Assembly (NCBI GenBank): GCA_041166085.1
Contig: JBEEFP010000050.1
Location: forward strand, 15,114 to 79,113
Source: Actinomycetota bacterium
GTDB lineage: Bacteria > Actinomycetota > Acidimicrobiia > Acidimicrobiales > JAFATL01
Reading direction: 5' to 3'
Length of the DNA: 64,000 bases
This document shows, piece after piece, positions 10,793 to 20,201 of this stretch. How positions within the stretch are numbered: the stretch's first letter is position 1; every line of letters begins with the position of its first letter. The notes under the pieces were generated by a model. That model was not told where the DNA came from. It saw only the letters and a program-made list of their open reading frames with translations, and made no database searches. Both the position numbers and the translations under genes were made by a program.

Positions 10793-12756
10793 GCTCTCGT
10801 CCCCAAGAGCGTGACGGGCACGCTGCCCCCGTCGCGCAGGTCCTGGCCGGTTCCTTGACTGCCGCCCGCCGGCGGCACGCTGGAGGCCACGACGTGCTCG
10901 ATGCCGTAGCCGGTGCACGCCCCGCAGTCATAACACGGGGTCCACCGGCAATCGGGGAGCCCCGACGCCTCGAGGGCGTCCTCCCAGTCCTGCCAGAGGA
11001 AGTCCTTGTGCAACCCGGCCGACACGTGGTCCCACGGGAGGACCTCGTCGCGGTGCCGGTGGCGGAACACGTACCAGTCGATCTCGAGGCCGTGGCGGGC
11101 CATGGCGTTCTCCCAGAGGCGGACGTCGAACTTCTCCGACCACTCCTGGAAGGTGCCGCCGTTGCGCCACACGTCCTCGATCACCGGGCCGAGGCGGCGA
11201 TCGCCCCGGCTGGCGATGCCCTCGGCCAGGGTGGCCCGAGGGTCGTGCCACTTGAGCTGGACGCCCCGGTCGCGCTTGGTGGCGTCCTTCAGCAGATTGA
11301 CCTTGCGCTGCAGCTCGGCCGGCGTGTTCTGGCCGAACCACTGGAACGGGGTCTGGGGCTTCGGAACGAAGCCGCCCACCGAAGCGCTGACCGCCACCCG
11401 GTTGGAGTGCTTGCGGCCGACGGCCACGCAGTTGCGCGCCAGCTCGGCGATGCCGAGCGTGTCCTCGTCGGTCTCGGTGGGGAGGCCGATGAGGAAGTAC
11501 AGCTTCACCCGGTTCCACCCCTGCGAGAACGCCGACTCGACGGCCCCGTAGAGGTCCTCCTCGCGGATGAGCTTGTTGATCACCTGGCGCATGCGCCAAG
11601 TGCCGCCCTCGGGAGCGAAGGTGAGCCCGGTTCGGCGCACCTTCTGGATCTGGTTGGCGACGCCGACGGTGAAGGCATCGACGCGAAGGCTGGGGAGGCT
11701 CACCGACACCTGCCCGGAACAGGCGGGGTCGTTGATGATGCCGCCGACGACCTCGTCGATCCCCGAGTAGTCAGCGGAGGAGAGCGACGTGAGGCTCACC
11801 TCGTCGTAACCGGTGCGAGCAAGTCCGTCGCTCACCATGCGGCGCACCTGGGCGGCCGGACGCTCGCGCACGGGTCGCGTGATCATGCCCGCCTGGCAGA
11901 AGCGGCAGCCGCGCGTGCAGCCGCGGAAGATCTCCACGTTGAGGCGATCGTGGACGACCTCGGTGAGGGGGACGAGCTGCGACTTGGGATAGGGCCACTC
12001 GCCGAGGTCGGCGATGGTGCGCTTCTCGACGACCGCGGGGACGTCGGCGTATCGAGGTGTTACGGATCTCAGGGCCGGTCCGTCGTACTCCACGTCGTAC
12101 ATGGAGGGCGCGTACACCCCGGGCACCTTGGCCAGCTCGTGCAGGACGTGCTCACGCGAGCCCTCGGTGCGCCCGCTCGACTTCCACTCCCGCACGACAT
12201 CGGTGATCTCGCTGACAACCTCTTCGCCGTCGCCGATGACGAACAGATCGACGAAGTCGGCGAGGGGCTCGGGGTTGAACGTGCAGTGACCGCCGGCGAC
12301 GACGAGGGGATCCTCAGGCCGCCGCTCGGCCGCCCGCACCGGCACGCCGGCCAGGTCGATGCAGTTGAGGACGTTGGTGTAGACGAGCTCGGCCGACAGG
12401 TTGAAGGCCATGAGGTCGAAGTCCCCGGCGGGGCGGTGGTTCTCGACGCTGAACAGCGGGACGCCGCGGGCCCGCATCTGCGCCTCCATGTCCACCCACG
12501 GGGCGTAGGACCGCTCGGCCACCGCGTCGTCGCGCTCGTTCAGGATCTCGTAGAGGATCTGCAGGCCCTGGTTGGGCAGGCCCACCTCGTAGGCGTCGGG
12601 GTACAGCAGGAGCCAGGCCACCTTGCGGGGGCCGTGCTGCGGAAGCTGGGCGCCGTCCTCGCACCCGATGTACCGGGCGGGCTTCTGGACCCGAGCCAGC
12701 AGCGGCTCGATCCGAGGCCACAGATCTGTCATTTGCCAGTCCATGGTACCGGCCAC
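10789..12756 (-). CDS. B12-binding-domain radical SAM protein (TIGR03960-like)
   Basis: 655 aa. It has the CxxxCxxC cluster motif FRGCTRGCRFCQAGMITRP and the N-terminus LLARVQKPARYIGCE. It is paired with DUF2344. The true start may be Met5 or Met9 (12744 or 12732). Confidence 0.85.
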   Translation of the reverse strand: MAGTMDWQMTDLWPRIEPLLARVQKPARYIGCEDGAQLPQHGPRKVAWLLLYPDAYEVGLPNQGLQILYEILNERDDAVAERSYAPWVDMEAQMRARGVPLFSVENHRPAGDFDLMAFNLSAELVYTNVLNCIDLAGVPVRAAERRPEDPLVVAGGHCTFNPEPLADFVDLFVIGDGEEVVSEITDVVREWKSSGRTEGSREHVLHELAKVPGVYAPSMYDVEYDGPALRSVTPRYADVPAVVEKRTIADLGEWPYPKSQLVPLTEVVHDRLNVEIFRGCTRGCRFCQAGMITRPVRERPAAQVRRMVSDGLARTGYDEVSLTSLSSADYSGIDEVVGGIINDPACSGQVSVSLPSLRVDAFTVGVANQIQKVRRTGLTFAPEGGTWRMRQVINKLIREEDLYGAVESAFSQGWNRVKLYFLIGLPTETDEDTLGIAELARNCVAVGRKHSNRVAVSASVGGFVPKPQTPFQWFGQNTPAELQRKVNLLKDATKRDRGVQLKWHDPRATLAEGIASRGDRRLGPVIEDVWRNGGTFQEWSEKFDVRLWENAMARHGLEIDWYVFRHRHRDEVLPWDHVSAGLHKDFLWQDWEDALEASGLPDCRWTPCYDCGACTGYGIEHVVASSVPPAGGSQGTGQDLRDGGSVPVTLLGTRA

Positions 12757-12769
12757 GCGCGTTCCCGGG

Positions 12770-13906
12770 TCATGAGAAGCGCCGCATGTGGACGTTGAGG
12801 ACCAGCCCCACGGCCGCGAAGGCGGCGAGGGTGGAGGAGCCGCCGTAGGACAGGAAGGGCAGGGGGATGCCGGTGATCGGCATGATGCCCATGGTCATGC
12901 CCGCGTTCTCGAATATCTGGAACACGAACATGGCGAGCACGCCGACACACACGAGCGTCCCGTACAGGTCCTTGGCCAGCGACGCTGTTCGCCAGGTGCG
13001 CCAGACGATCAGCGCGAAGAGCGCGAGGAGCAACGCGGAGCCGATGAACCCGAGCTCCTCGCCCACCACCGTGAAGATGAAGTCGGTGTTCTGCTCCGGC
13101 ACGTACGACAGGTTGGTCTGCGTTCCCTTGAACAGGCCCTTGCCGGTGAAGCCGCCCGCGCCGATGGCGATCTTCGACTGGTTGAGGGTGTGGTACGCCG
13201 CCCGTTGGTTGTCGACCTGCGGATCGAGGAAGGCGCCCAAACGGTCGAGCTGGTACTGCTTCAGCACGCCGAGCTGGAAGACCGTCACCACCCCGAGGAC
13301 GCCGACGATGGTGAGCACGGCCAAGTGGCGCGGGCGGGCGCCCGCCACCAGCAGCACGCCCATGAGGATGGCGACGAACACCAACGCGGTGCCGAGGTCG
13401 GGCTGCAGATAGATGAGCCCCATGGGGATGGCCGACAGACCGAGGATGGAGACGGTGCGGTTCCAGTCCAGCTCGCCGCGGTACTGCGAGCAGTACGCGG
13501 CAAGGCAGATGATCACGGCCAACTTGGCCCACTCCGACGGCTGGAACTGGAACGGCCCCATCTGGAACCAGGCCTGGGTGCCCCGGCTCGACGACCCGAA
13601 CGGCGACAGCACGAGCAGCAGCACGAAGATGGTGGCGATGAAGATCACGGGCGCGAAGTCGCGGAACACGCGGTAGTCGACGAGGGCGAAGAACGCCATC
13701 ACGCCCAGGCCGAGCACCATCCACACCGCTTGACGCTTCAGGTAATAGCCGGGGTCGGACAGCTCCTGCTCGAGCTTCTGGTGGGTGGCCGAATAGATCA
13801 TCACCAGGCCGAGACCCGCGGCGATGAGCACCGAGCCGAGCAGGACGACGTCGAGGTGGCGCCACGCGGCGGTCGCGTCGCGGCGGGTGGAGGTGGCGCC
13901 GACCAT
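12770..13906 (-). CDS. rodA: Rod shape-determining protein RodA (SEDS family)
   Basis: 378-aa polytopic membrane protein. The motifs MIYSATH, QPSEWAKL and LPFLSYGGSS are present. It lies directly downstream of PBP2. Confidence 0.85.
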   Translation of the reverse strand: MVGATSTRRDATAAWRHLDVVLLGSVLIAAGLGLVMIYSATHQKLEQELSDPGYYLKRQAVWMVLGLGVMAFFALVDYRVFRDFAPVIFIATIFVLLLVLSPFGSSSRGTQAWFQMGPFQFQPSEWAKLAVIICLAAYCSQYRGELDWNRTVSILGLSAIPMGLIYLQPDLGTALVFVAILMGVLLVAGARPRHLAVLTIVGVLGVVTVFQLGVLKQYQLDRLGAFLDPQVDNQRAAYHTLNQSKIAIGAGGFTGKGLFKGTQTNLSYVPEQNTDFIFTVVGEELGFIGSALLLALFALIVWRTWRTASLAKDLYGTLVCVGVLAMFVFQIFENAGMTMGIMPITGIPLPFLSYGGSSTLAAFAAVGLVLNVHMRRFS

Positions 13907-13956
13907 CAGCCTGCCCCGCCCATCAGCTTGTCCATCAGCCTGTCCATCAATCGACG
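13904..13956 (-). repeat. Four tandem CATCA(G/A)-led ~12-nt repeats (minus strand TGATG x4) abutting the rodA start codon
   Basis: The plus strand reads catcagcctgcc ccgcc catcagcttgtc catcagcctgtc catcaatcgacg. On the minus strand this gives ..TTGATGGACAGGCTGATGGACAAGCTGATGGGCGGGGCAGGCTGATGGTC, where the last ATG is the rodA start. Confidence 0.5.
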
Positions 13957-14048
13957 CCGCCGACTCTGCTCATGCCTCTTCGCGCAAGCGCTCATCGGGT
14001 GGGGGCGAGCGCCGGGCCCGCAGACGCAGCACGCTTCGCCGTACAGCA

Positions 14049-15974
14049 TCAGTCGGTCCCCCCCACGACTGCGGCGCCCGTGTCCGGTCCGCCCGCCAGC
14101 TTCTCGAGGATGCGCCGCGCCACCGGGGCCGCCACCGACCCGCCGAATCCCGACTCCTCCATCACCACGGCCACGACGTACTGCGGGTTGTCGGCGGGGG
14201 CGAAGCCCACGAAGAGGGCGGTGTCCTGCTTCTTGGCCACCTGGGCCGTGCCCGTCTTGCCCGCCACCGTCATGCGGTTGAACGGGAAGCCTGCGAACGC
14301 GCCGGCCGCGGTCCCCTCGCCGCTCACCACGCCCTTGAGCCCGGCCAGGATCGGGTCGTGCACCGCGGGCGGGATGGACACGGTGCGCAGCTTGACCGGT
14401 TCCACCTGGCGATGGATGCGGCGCTGCTGGTCGACGACCTTGTCCACCAGACGCGGCTCCCACACGCTGCCACCGTTGGCGAACGTCGCGTAGGCGGTCG
14501 CCAGTTGCAGCGGCGTGACCGCCATCTCGCCCTGACCGATGGCGAGGTTGATGTTGTCACCAGTACGCCAGTCGCCGTTCGGGAAAGCGGTGGGGTTCTG
14601 GTCGTGCAGGCGCCGGCGGGTGGCGGGGTCGGGCACCCGTCCCACCGCTTCGGGCGACAGCGGGATCTCCGTCTTCTGGCCCAGGCCGAGGCGACGGGCC
14701 ACGTCCTGCATGGCATCGCCGTGCTGGCTGCGCAGGTTCCAGAACTGCGCACCCAACTGGTAGTAGAAGACGTCGCTCGACACCGTCAGCGCCCGCGACA
14801 GGTTGACCCGCCCATGGGCCACGCCACCCGCGTTGCGGAAGATGCACTTCTCACCCTTGCAGTTCTTCAGCTGGAACTTGCCGCCGTCGAGCACGGTGGT
14901 GCGTGCGTCGATGAGACCGGACTCGACCGCGGCGATCGACGTCACCAGCTTGAAGGTGGACCCCGGCGAGTAGAGGCCCTGGGTGGCCCGATTGTTGAGC
15001 GGGAAGTGCGCCGCCGGGTCGTTGAGGGCGCGAAAGACGTCGGTCTTGATGCCGTTGACGAACTGGGCGGGCTCGAACGTCGGGTTCGACGCCATCGCCA
15101 GCACGGACCCGTCGCGCGGGTCCATCACGACGACCGACCCGGCGGGCGCGACGAAGTCCTTGCCGCTGGAGCGGTCGTGGACCCGACGGTCTGCTTCGAG
15201 ACCCTGGGCCAGCGCGTTCTCCGCCACCGTCTGCACGTCGAGGTCGAGAGTGAGGAAGAGATCGCGCCCCTGTTGCGGGCTCGTCTCCCGCAGCGGCGGT
15301 CCGAGCACCTTGCCGGCCGAGTTGACCTGCAACCGCTTCGATCCGGGCGTTCCCCGCAGGTCCTCCTCGTAGGACTTCTCGACCCCCTGCTTGCCGATCT
15401 CGTCGCCCTCCCGGTACCCCTGCGACCGGCGGGCGTCGAGCTCCGCCTTGGTCGTCTGGCCCACGTACCCGAGGAGGTGGGCGGCCAGCGCCCCGTTGGG
15501 ATACGACCGCTCGGGCCGCGTCGGCGCGGCGATGCCGGGGAACTGGTCCTGGTGCTCGCGGAGGTACACGACCAGCTCCTCGGGGACGTCCTCGGCGACG
15601 GGCACGGGCGTGTAGGGACTGAAGCGCACGTCGGCCATGCGCTTGCGCACCTCGGCGACGGGCAGGTTCAGCAGCGCAGCCAGACGCCCCACGACCTCAG
15701 GCTTGTCCTTGACCTCGTTGCGGTCGACCGTGATCACCTGCGAGCCGCGGTTGTCGACGAGCACCTTGCCGTTGCGGTCGAGGATCCGCCCCCGCGGCGC
15801 CTCCTCGTAGACGACGCGCACCTGGTTGGTGGTGGCCTCCACCTTGAAGGTCTGCGAGTCCATCACCTGCAGGTACCAGAGGCGCGCCAGCAGCGCCGCG
15901 AAGAGGGAGACGACGACGATGCCGAGCACGCCGAGACGAAGGGGCCCGCTGTCGCCGGGCCGGGGGACCGTCAT
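14049..15974 (-). CDS. mrdA: Penicillin-binding protein 2 (elongasome transpeptidase)
   Basis: The motifs SPGSTFK (SxxK), SSD (SxN position) and KTGTA are present, along with an N-terminal anchor LGVLGIVVVSLFAALLARLWYLQV. The start is re-set to Met74 (ATG at 15974), which forms an ATGA overlap with the mreD stop. Confidence 0.85.
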   Translation of the reverse strand: MTVPRPGDSGPLRLGVLGIVVVSLFAALLARLWYLQVMDSQTFKVEATTNQVRVVYEEAPRGRILDRNGKVLVDNRGSQVITVDRNEVKDKPEVVGRLAALLNLPVAEVRKRMADVRFSPYTPVPVAEDVPEELVVYLREHQDQFPGIAAPTRPERSYPNGALAAHLLGYVGQTTKAELDARRSQGYREGDEIGKQGVEKSYEEDLRGTPGSKRLQVNSAGKVLGPPLRETSPQQGRDLFLTLDLDVQTVAENALAQGLEADRRVHDRSSGKDFVAPAGSVVVMDPRDGSVLAMASNPTFEPAQFVNGIKTDVFRALNDPAAHFPLNNRATQGLYSPGSTFKLVTSIAAVESGLIDARTTVLDGGKFQLKNCKGEKCIFRNAGGVAHGRVNLSRALTVSSDVFYYQLGAQFWNLRSQHGDAMQDVARRLGLGQKTEIPLSPEAVGRVPDPATRRRLHDQNPTAFPNGDWRTGDNINLAIGQGEMAVTPLQLATAYATFANGGSVWEPRLVDKVVDQQRRIHRQVEPVKLRTVSIPPAVHDPILAGLKGVVSGEGTAAGAFAGFPFNRMTVAGKTGTAQVAKKQDTALFVGFAPADNPQYVVAVVMEESGFGGSVAAPVARRILEKLAGGPDTGAAVVGGTD

Positions 15975-16510
15975 CGGACCGCGTAGGTGCGTTCGTTGAC
16001 CCCGCCCATGGCCCACGTCATGGCGCGGGCGACGAGCAGGCTCAGCGGAGCGTTGACGAGGCCGACCGACAGGGCGATGAACCCGAGCCGCGGCTGCACG
16101 AGGTGGGACTGGCCGACCATCGCGCCGATCACCGCGTAGAGCGCCATGCCGACCGCGCTGCCGATGAAGGCGGTGGCGGGCATGATCCACCACGCCGCCC
16201 GGATGACGTTGCCCTGGAGGACGCCGACCGCGAAGCCGGCCAGGCAGTAGGCGAGGGCCGACAGCCCGAACGGGGTCTGCAGGAACAGGTCGGCGACGAG
16301 TCCGGCGCCGAAGCCGACGAGGGCACCGCGCTCCGGTCCGCCCAGGGCGCCGGCGACGACGGCGACGAGCACGAGCGCGTCGGTCGGGATGCCCGCCGAC
16401 CGCAGTCCCTCGAGCAGCGACGACTGGAGGATGAGCACGCCGAAGATCACCAGCACCACGCGAGCACGTGCAGCGCCCGTCACGGCGTCACCCCGGGGTC
16501 GCGCTGCCAC
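15971..16510 (-). CDS. mreD: Rod shape-determining protein MreD
   Basis: 179-aa hydrophobic protein located between mreC and PBP2. It contains the LLVAVVAGALGGPERGALVGFGAGLVADL pattern. Confidence 0.75.
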   Translation of the reverse strand: MAARPRGDAVTGAARARVVLVIFGVLILQSSLLEGLRSAGIPTDALVLVAVVAGALGGPERGALVGFGAGLVADLFLQTPFGLSALAYCLAGFAVGVLQGNVIRAAWWIMPATAFIGSAVGMALYAVIGAMVGQSHLVQPRLGFIALSVGLVNAPLSLLVARAMTWAMGGVNERTYAVR

Positions 16511-16535
16511 ATCGGCTCGCGTCGCCGTCGCTCGC

Positions 16536-17369
16536 TCACGACGGGCTCCATTGGAGGACCTTCACGAAGGACAGCCGGTGCAGGTCGACGATGGGCTTGA
16601 CCCGGAGGAACTTCTGGAACCCGCCATTGGGCGACGACGCCTGCGTCACCTTGCCGATGGGGATGGACGGCGGGAACTCGCTCTGCTGCAGACCGCTGCT
16701 GACGACGACCTCGCCCTTGGCCACTTCGGCGTCGGGTGCGACGAAGTCGACACTGAGGTCCTTGTCGCTCCCCCGTCCATTGGCGACGCCCACCTCGGCC
16801 GATCCGGTGAGGCGGATGCCCACGCTCGACGCGGGGTCGGTGATGAGCAGGATGGTGGACCGCGTCCGCGACACCGACGTGACCCGGCCGACCAGGCCTG
16901 CGCCCGTCACGACGGGCATGCGCAGCGCGACGCCCGCGTTCGTGCCCTTGTCGATCTGGATGGTGAGGTCGAAGTTCGACGTCGACGTCGACACGACGCG
17001 CGCCGCGACCGACGGGATGTTCTGGACCACGGTGAGGTTGTCGAGCTCGAGCAGCTGCTCGCGCTCCCGTTCGGCGTCGGCCGCACGCAACGTCTGACCG
17101 CGCGCCTCCTCGAGCTGGTCGCGCAGGCGCGCGTTCTCCTTCTCGAGGGCGCCGTAGTGCGTGATGCCCTGGAAGAAGTCACCGACGGGGCGGAAGGCGG
17201 CGTCGGCCGCGTCCTGCACCGGCGCGAACGCGTCCTGGGCCGTGCCCTTGATCGAGTCGATGACACCGCCGGCGTCGCCCCGGTAATCGAGGGTGATCAC
17301 CGTGACCGACGTGAGGATCAGCAGGAAGAGGGTGAACCTCGGTCGAGCTGCCCGGCGGTAGACGGCCAC
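16536..17369 (-). CDS. mreC: Rod shape-determining protein MreC
   Basis: 277 aa. It has an N-terminal anchor, a coiled coil (ENARLRDQLEE) and a beta-rich C-terminus (GMPVVTGAGLVGRVTSVS). It lies downstream of mreB. Confidence 0.8.
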   Translation of the reverse strand: MAVYRRAARPRFTLFLLILTSVTVITLDYRGDAGGVIDSIKGTAQDAFAPVQDAADAAFRPVGDFFQGITHYGALEKENARLRDQLEEARGQTLRAADAEREREQLLELDNLTVVQNIPSVAARVVSTSTSNFDLTIQIDKGTNAGVALRMPVVTGAGLVGRVTSVSRTRSTILLITDPASSVGIRLTGSAEVGVANGRGSDKDLSVDFVAPDAEVAKGEVVVSSGLQQSEFPPSIPIGKVTQASSPNGGFQKFLRVKPIVDLHRLSFVKVLQWSPS

Positions 17370-17382
17370 AGACCGTCTTTCC

Positions 17383-18423
17383 TCAGGTTCGGCTGCTCGA
17401 GGAGATCAGGACCTGCTTCAGGGCCTCGAACTCCTCGAGGCACTGGCCACTTCCGACGGCTACCGAGTGCAGCGGGTTCTTGGCGATCACGATCGGCATG
17501 CCGGTCTCCGCCGACAGCCGGTGATCGATCCCGTGCAACAGGGCTCCCCCACCGGTGAGGACGATGCCCTGCTCCATGATGTCGGCCGCCAGCTCGGGCG
17601 GCGTCTTGTCGAGCGTCACCTTGACGGAGTCGACGATGGCAGCAACGGGCTCCTCGATGGCCAGCCGGATCTCCTCGGTGGTGGTGACGATCGTCTTCGG
17701 CAGGCCGGTGATGAGGTCGCGGCCTCGGATCTCGGCGTGCAACTCGTCTTCGAGGGGATAGGCGGTTCCCAACGCGATCTTGATCTCCTCGGCGGTTCGT
17801 TCGCCGAGGGCGAGGCTGTATTCCTTCTTGATGTACTGGATGATGGCTTCGTCGAGCTCGTCGCCGCCGATGCGGATCGACTGGCTCGTGACGATGCCTC
17901 CGAGCGAGATGACGGCCACCTCGGTGGTGCCGCCGCCGATGTCCACCACCATGTTCCCGGTGGGTTCGTGGACAGGGAGCCCGGCGCCGATCGCGGCGGC
18001 CATGGGCTCTTCGATGATGTAGGCGGGCTTGCGGGCGCCGGCGTACTCAGCCGCTTCCTGCACGGCACGCTGCTCGACGCCGGTGATGCCGGACGGCACG
18101 CAGATGACCATGCGGGGCTTGGCGAAGCGGCGCTGATGCACCCGGTGGATGAAGTACCGGAGCATCTTCTCGCAGATCTCGAAGTTGGCGATGACGCCGT
18201 CCTTCAGCGGGCGCACGGCCTGGATGTGTGCAGGCGTGCGGCCGATCATGCGCTTGGCCTCCGCGCCCACCGCGAGCGGACGGCCGTCCTTCACGTTGAC
18301 AGCGACCACCGACGGCTCGTTGAGCACGATGCCGCGCCCGCGCACGTAGACGAGTGTGTTGGCGGTTCCCAGGTCGACGGCCATGTCGCGGCCAAGGAAC
18401 GAAGAGAGGAAGTTGTCGGACAC
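17383..18423 (-). CDS. mreB: Rod shape-determining actin homolog MreB
   Basis: The motifs [43 protein letters not shown] and [11 protein letters not shown] are canonical MreB. Confidence 0.93.
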   Translation of the reverse strand: MSDNFLSSFLGRDMAVDLGTANTLVYVRGRGIVLNEPSVVAVNVKDGRPLAVGAEAKRMIGRTPAHIQAVRPLKDGVIANFEICEKMLRYFIHRVHQRRFAKPRMVICVPSGITGVEQRAVQEAAEYAGARKPAYIIEEPMAAAIGAGLPVHEPTGNMVVDIGGGTTEVAVISLGGIVTSQSIRIGGDELDEAIIQYIKKEYSLALGERTAEEIKIALGTAYPLEDELHAEIRGRDLITGLPKTIVTTTEEIRLAIEEPVAAIVDSVKVTLDKTPPELAADIMEQGIVLTGGGALLHGIDHRLSAETGMPIVIAKNPLHSVAVGSGQCLEEFEALKQVLISSSSRT

Positions 18424-18486
18424 GACGGAAGCGAAGCCCCCTCAGGGGGTTGAGGTCGTGCGACAGGCTATTGGACGGGACGCCGA

Positions 18487-18900
18487 TTAAGCCAGTCCCG
18501 GGAAAAAGATGGAAATTTCCCGCTTTGCGGAATCGGGTCCGTCCGACCCGTGCACGAGGTTCTCGGTGAGCTCCACCGCGAGGTCGCCGCGGATCGTGCC
18601 GGGCGCCGCTTCCTTGGGGTTGGTGGTGCCCATGAGGTTCCTGACGACCTTCCAGGTGTCCCCCGGGCCCTCGACCACGAGGAGCATGGCGGGGCTGCGG
18701 GTGATGAAGGCCACGAGGTCGTCGTAGAACGGCTTGCCCTGGTGCTCCTCGTAGTGGCGGCCCGCGGTCGCTGCGTCGATGGTGCGCAGCTCGCCGGCCA
18801 CGAGGGTCAGGCCCTTGCGTTCGAGGCGGGCGATGATCTCGCCGGCCAGGCCGCGCTCGACGGCGTCGGGCTTGCAGATGACGAGGGTGCGGTCAGCCAT
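18487..18900 (-). CDS. ndk: Nucleoside diphosphate kinase
   Basis: The motifs RTLVICKPDAVERGLAGEII, GTTNP and NLVHGSD identify the protein. It is 137 aa. Confidence 0.93.
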   Translation of the reverse strand: MADRTLVICKPDAVERGLAGEIIARLERKGLTLVAGELRTIDAATAGRHYEEHQGKPFYDDLVAFITRSPAMLLVVEGPGDTWKVVRNLMGTTNPKEAAPGTIRGDLAVELTENLVHGSDGPDSAKREISIFFPGLA

Positions 18901-20191
18901 GGTCGGGCGAAGCTAGTACCGCGCGCGCCGCACCGACCAGGTAGAGGCTGCCCGTCACGAGGACGAGGTCGTCGACGTGGGCCGCGTCCACGGCGAGGCT
19001 CAGCGCCTCGGCGACTGACGTGGCCGGCACCGCCTCGGCGCCGAGCGACTTGGCTGCGTCCACGATGTCGGCCGCCGGCAGAGCCCGCGGCCACGGCGGC
19101 GGACAGGCGACCACGAGGCGGGCCTGTTCGGCGCCCAGGGCGCGCAGCAGCTCGACGGGGTCCTTGCCCGCGAAGCACCCGAAGACGATCACACGACCCG
19201 ACGCCGAGGAGAACTCCTCGTCGAGGGTGGCGGCGGCCGCGCGCGCGCCGGCGGCGTTGTGTGCGCCGTCGAGCACGACAAGGGGGCGGCGACCGACGAT
19301 CTCCATGCGGCCGGGCGACCGCACCGTCGCCAGCCCCTCGGCCACGACCTCGGGTGTCAGGGGTTCGCCGAAGAATGCCTCGGCCGCGGCGAGGGCGATG
19401 GCCGCGTTGTCCCCCTGGTGGGCGCCGTGCAGGGGCAGGTACACGGCGTCGTAGGTCGCGCCGGGCGTGCGCAGGTCGAGCAGGCGGCCGCCATGAGCCA
19501 CCGCGTTGGCGATGCACGCGAAGTCCTCGTTGCGCAGCCACGTGGTGGCCGCGCCCTCGCGCTCGAAGATGGGGACGAGGCCGGGATCCGTCTCGCCCAG
19601 CACCAGGGTGGCACCCGGTTTGACGACGCCGGCCTTCTCGAAGGCGATGTCTTCGCGCGTCGGCCCGATGAACTCGAGGTGGTCGAGGGCCACGTTGGTG
19701 ACGACCGCGACCGAGCCGTCGGCCACGTTGGTGGCATCGAAGCGGCCACCGAGACCCACCTCGACGACGGCCACGTCCACCGCGATGTCGGCGAACCAAC
19801 GCAGCGCCGCGGCGGTGATCAGCTCGAACCAGGTGGGCATGTGGTCGATGAGGGCCTCGAGCTCGGCCAGCGCGCCGACCACCTCGGCGAAGGCGCCGTC
19901 GGAGATGGGCTCGCCGTTCCAGCTCATGCGCTCGTTGACGCGCTCGAGGTGGGGGCTCGTGAAGGTGCCGACCGAGAGCCCCTTGGCCTCCAGCAGGGCG
20001 GTGAGGATGCGGGCGGCCGACGTCTTGCCGTTGGTGCCGGTGATGTGCAGCACCGGGTACTGCTGCTGCGGATCGCCCATCACCGTCATGAGGGCGCGCA
20101 CGCCCTCGAGCTTGAAGGCGGCCTCGGGCGCGGGCACCGCCTCGCGGTTGACGCGCTGGTCCAGCCACGCAATCGCCTCTTCGTAGGTCAC
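18893..20191 (-). CDS. folC: Bifunctional folylpolyglutamate synthase / dihydrofolate synthase
   Basis: HITGTNGKTSAARIL is a Mur-ligase P-loop, and SPHLERVNERM is also present. The start is re-set to the GTG at 20191 (VTYEEAIAWLD), 10 nt after the upstream stop. Confidence 0.85.
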   Translation of the reverse strand: MTYEEAIAWLDQRVNREAVPAPEAAFKLEGVRALMTVMGDPQQQYPVLHITGTNGKTSAARILTALLEAKGLSVGTFTSPHLERVNERMSWNGEPISDGAFAEVVGALAELEALIDHMPTWFELITAAALRWFADIAVDVAVVEVGLGGRFDATNVADGSVAVVTNVALDHLEFIGPTREDIAFEKAGVVKPGATLVLGETDPGLVPIFEREGAATTWLRNEDFACIANAVAHGGRLLDLRTPGATYDAVYLPLHGAHQGDNAAIALAAAEAFFGEPLTPEVVAEGLATVRSPGRMEIVGRRPLVVLDGAHNAAGARAAAATLDEEFSSASGRVIVFGCFAGKDPVELLRALGAEQARLVVACPPPWPRALPAADIVDAAKSLGAEAVPATSVAEALSLAVDAAHVDDLVLVTGSLYLVGAARAVLASPDHG

Positions 20192-20201
20192 GCTGCCCTC
20201 G

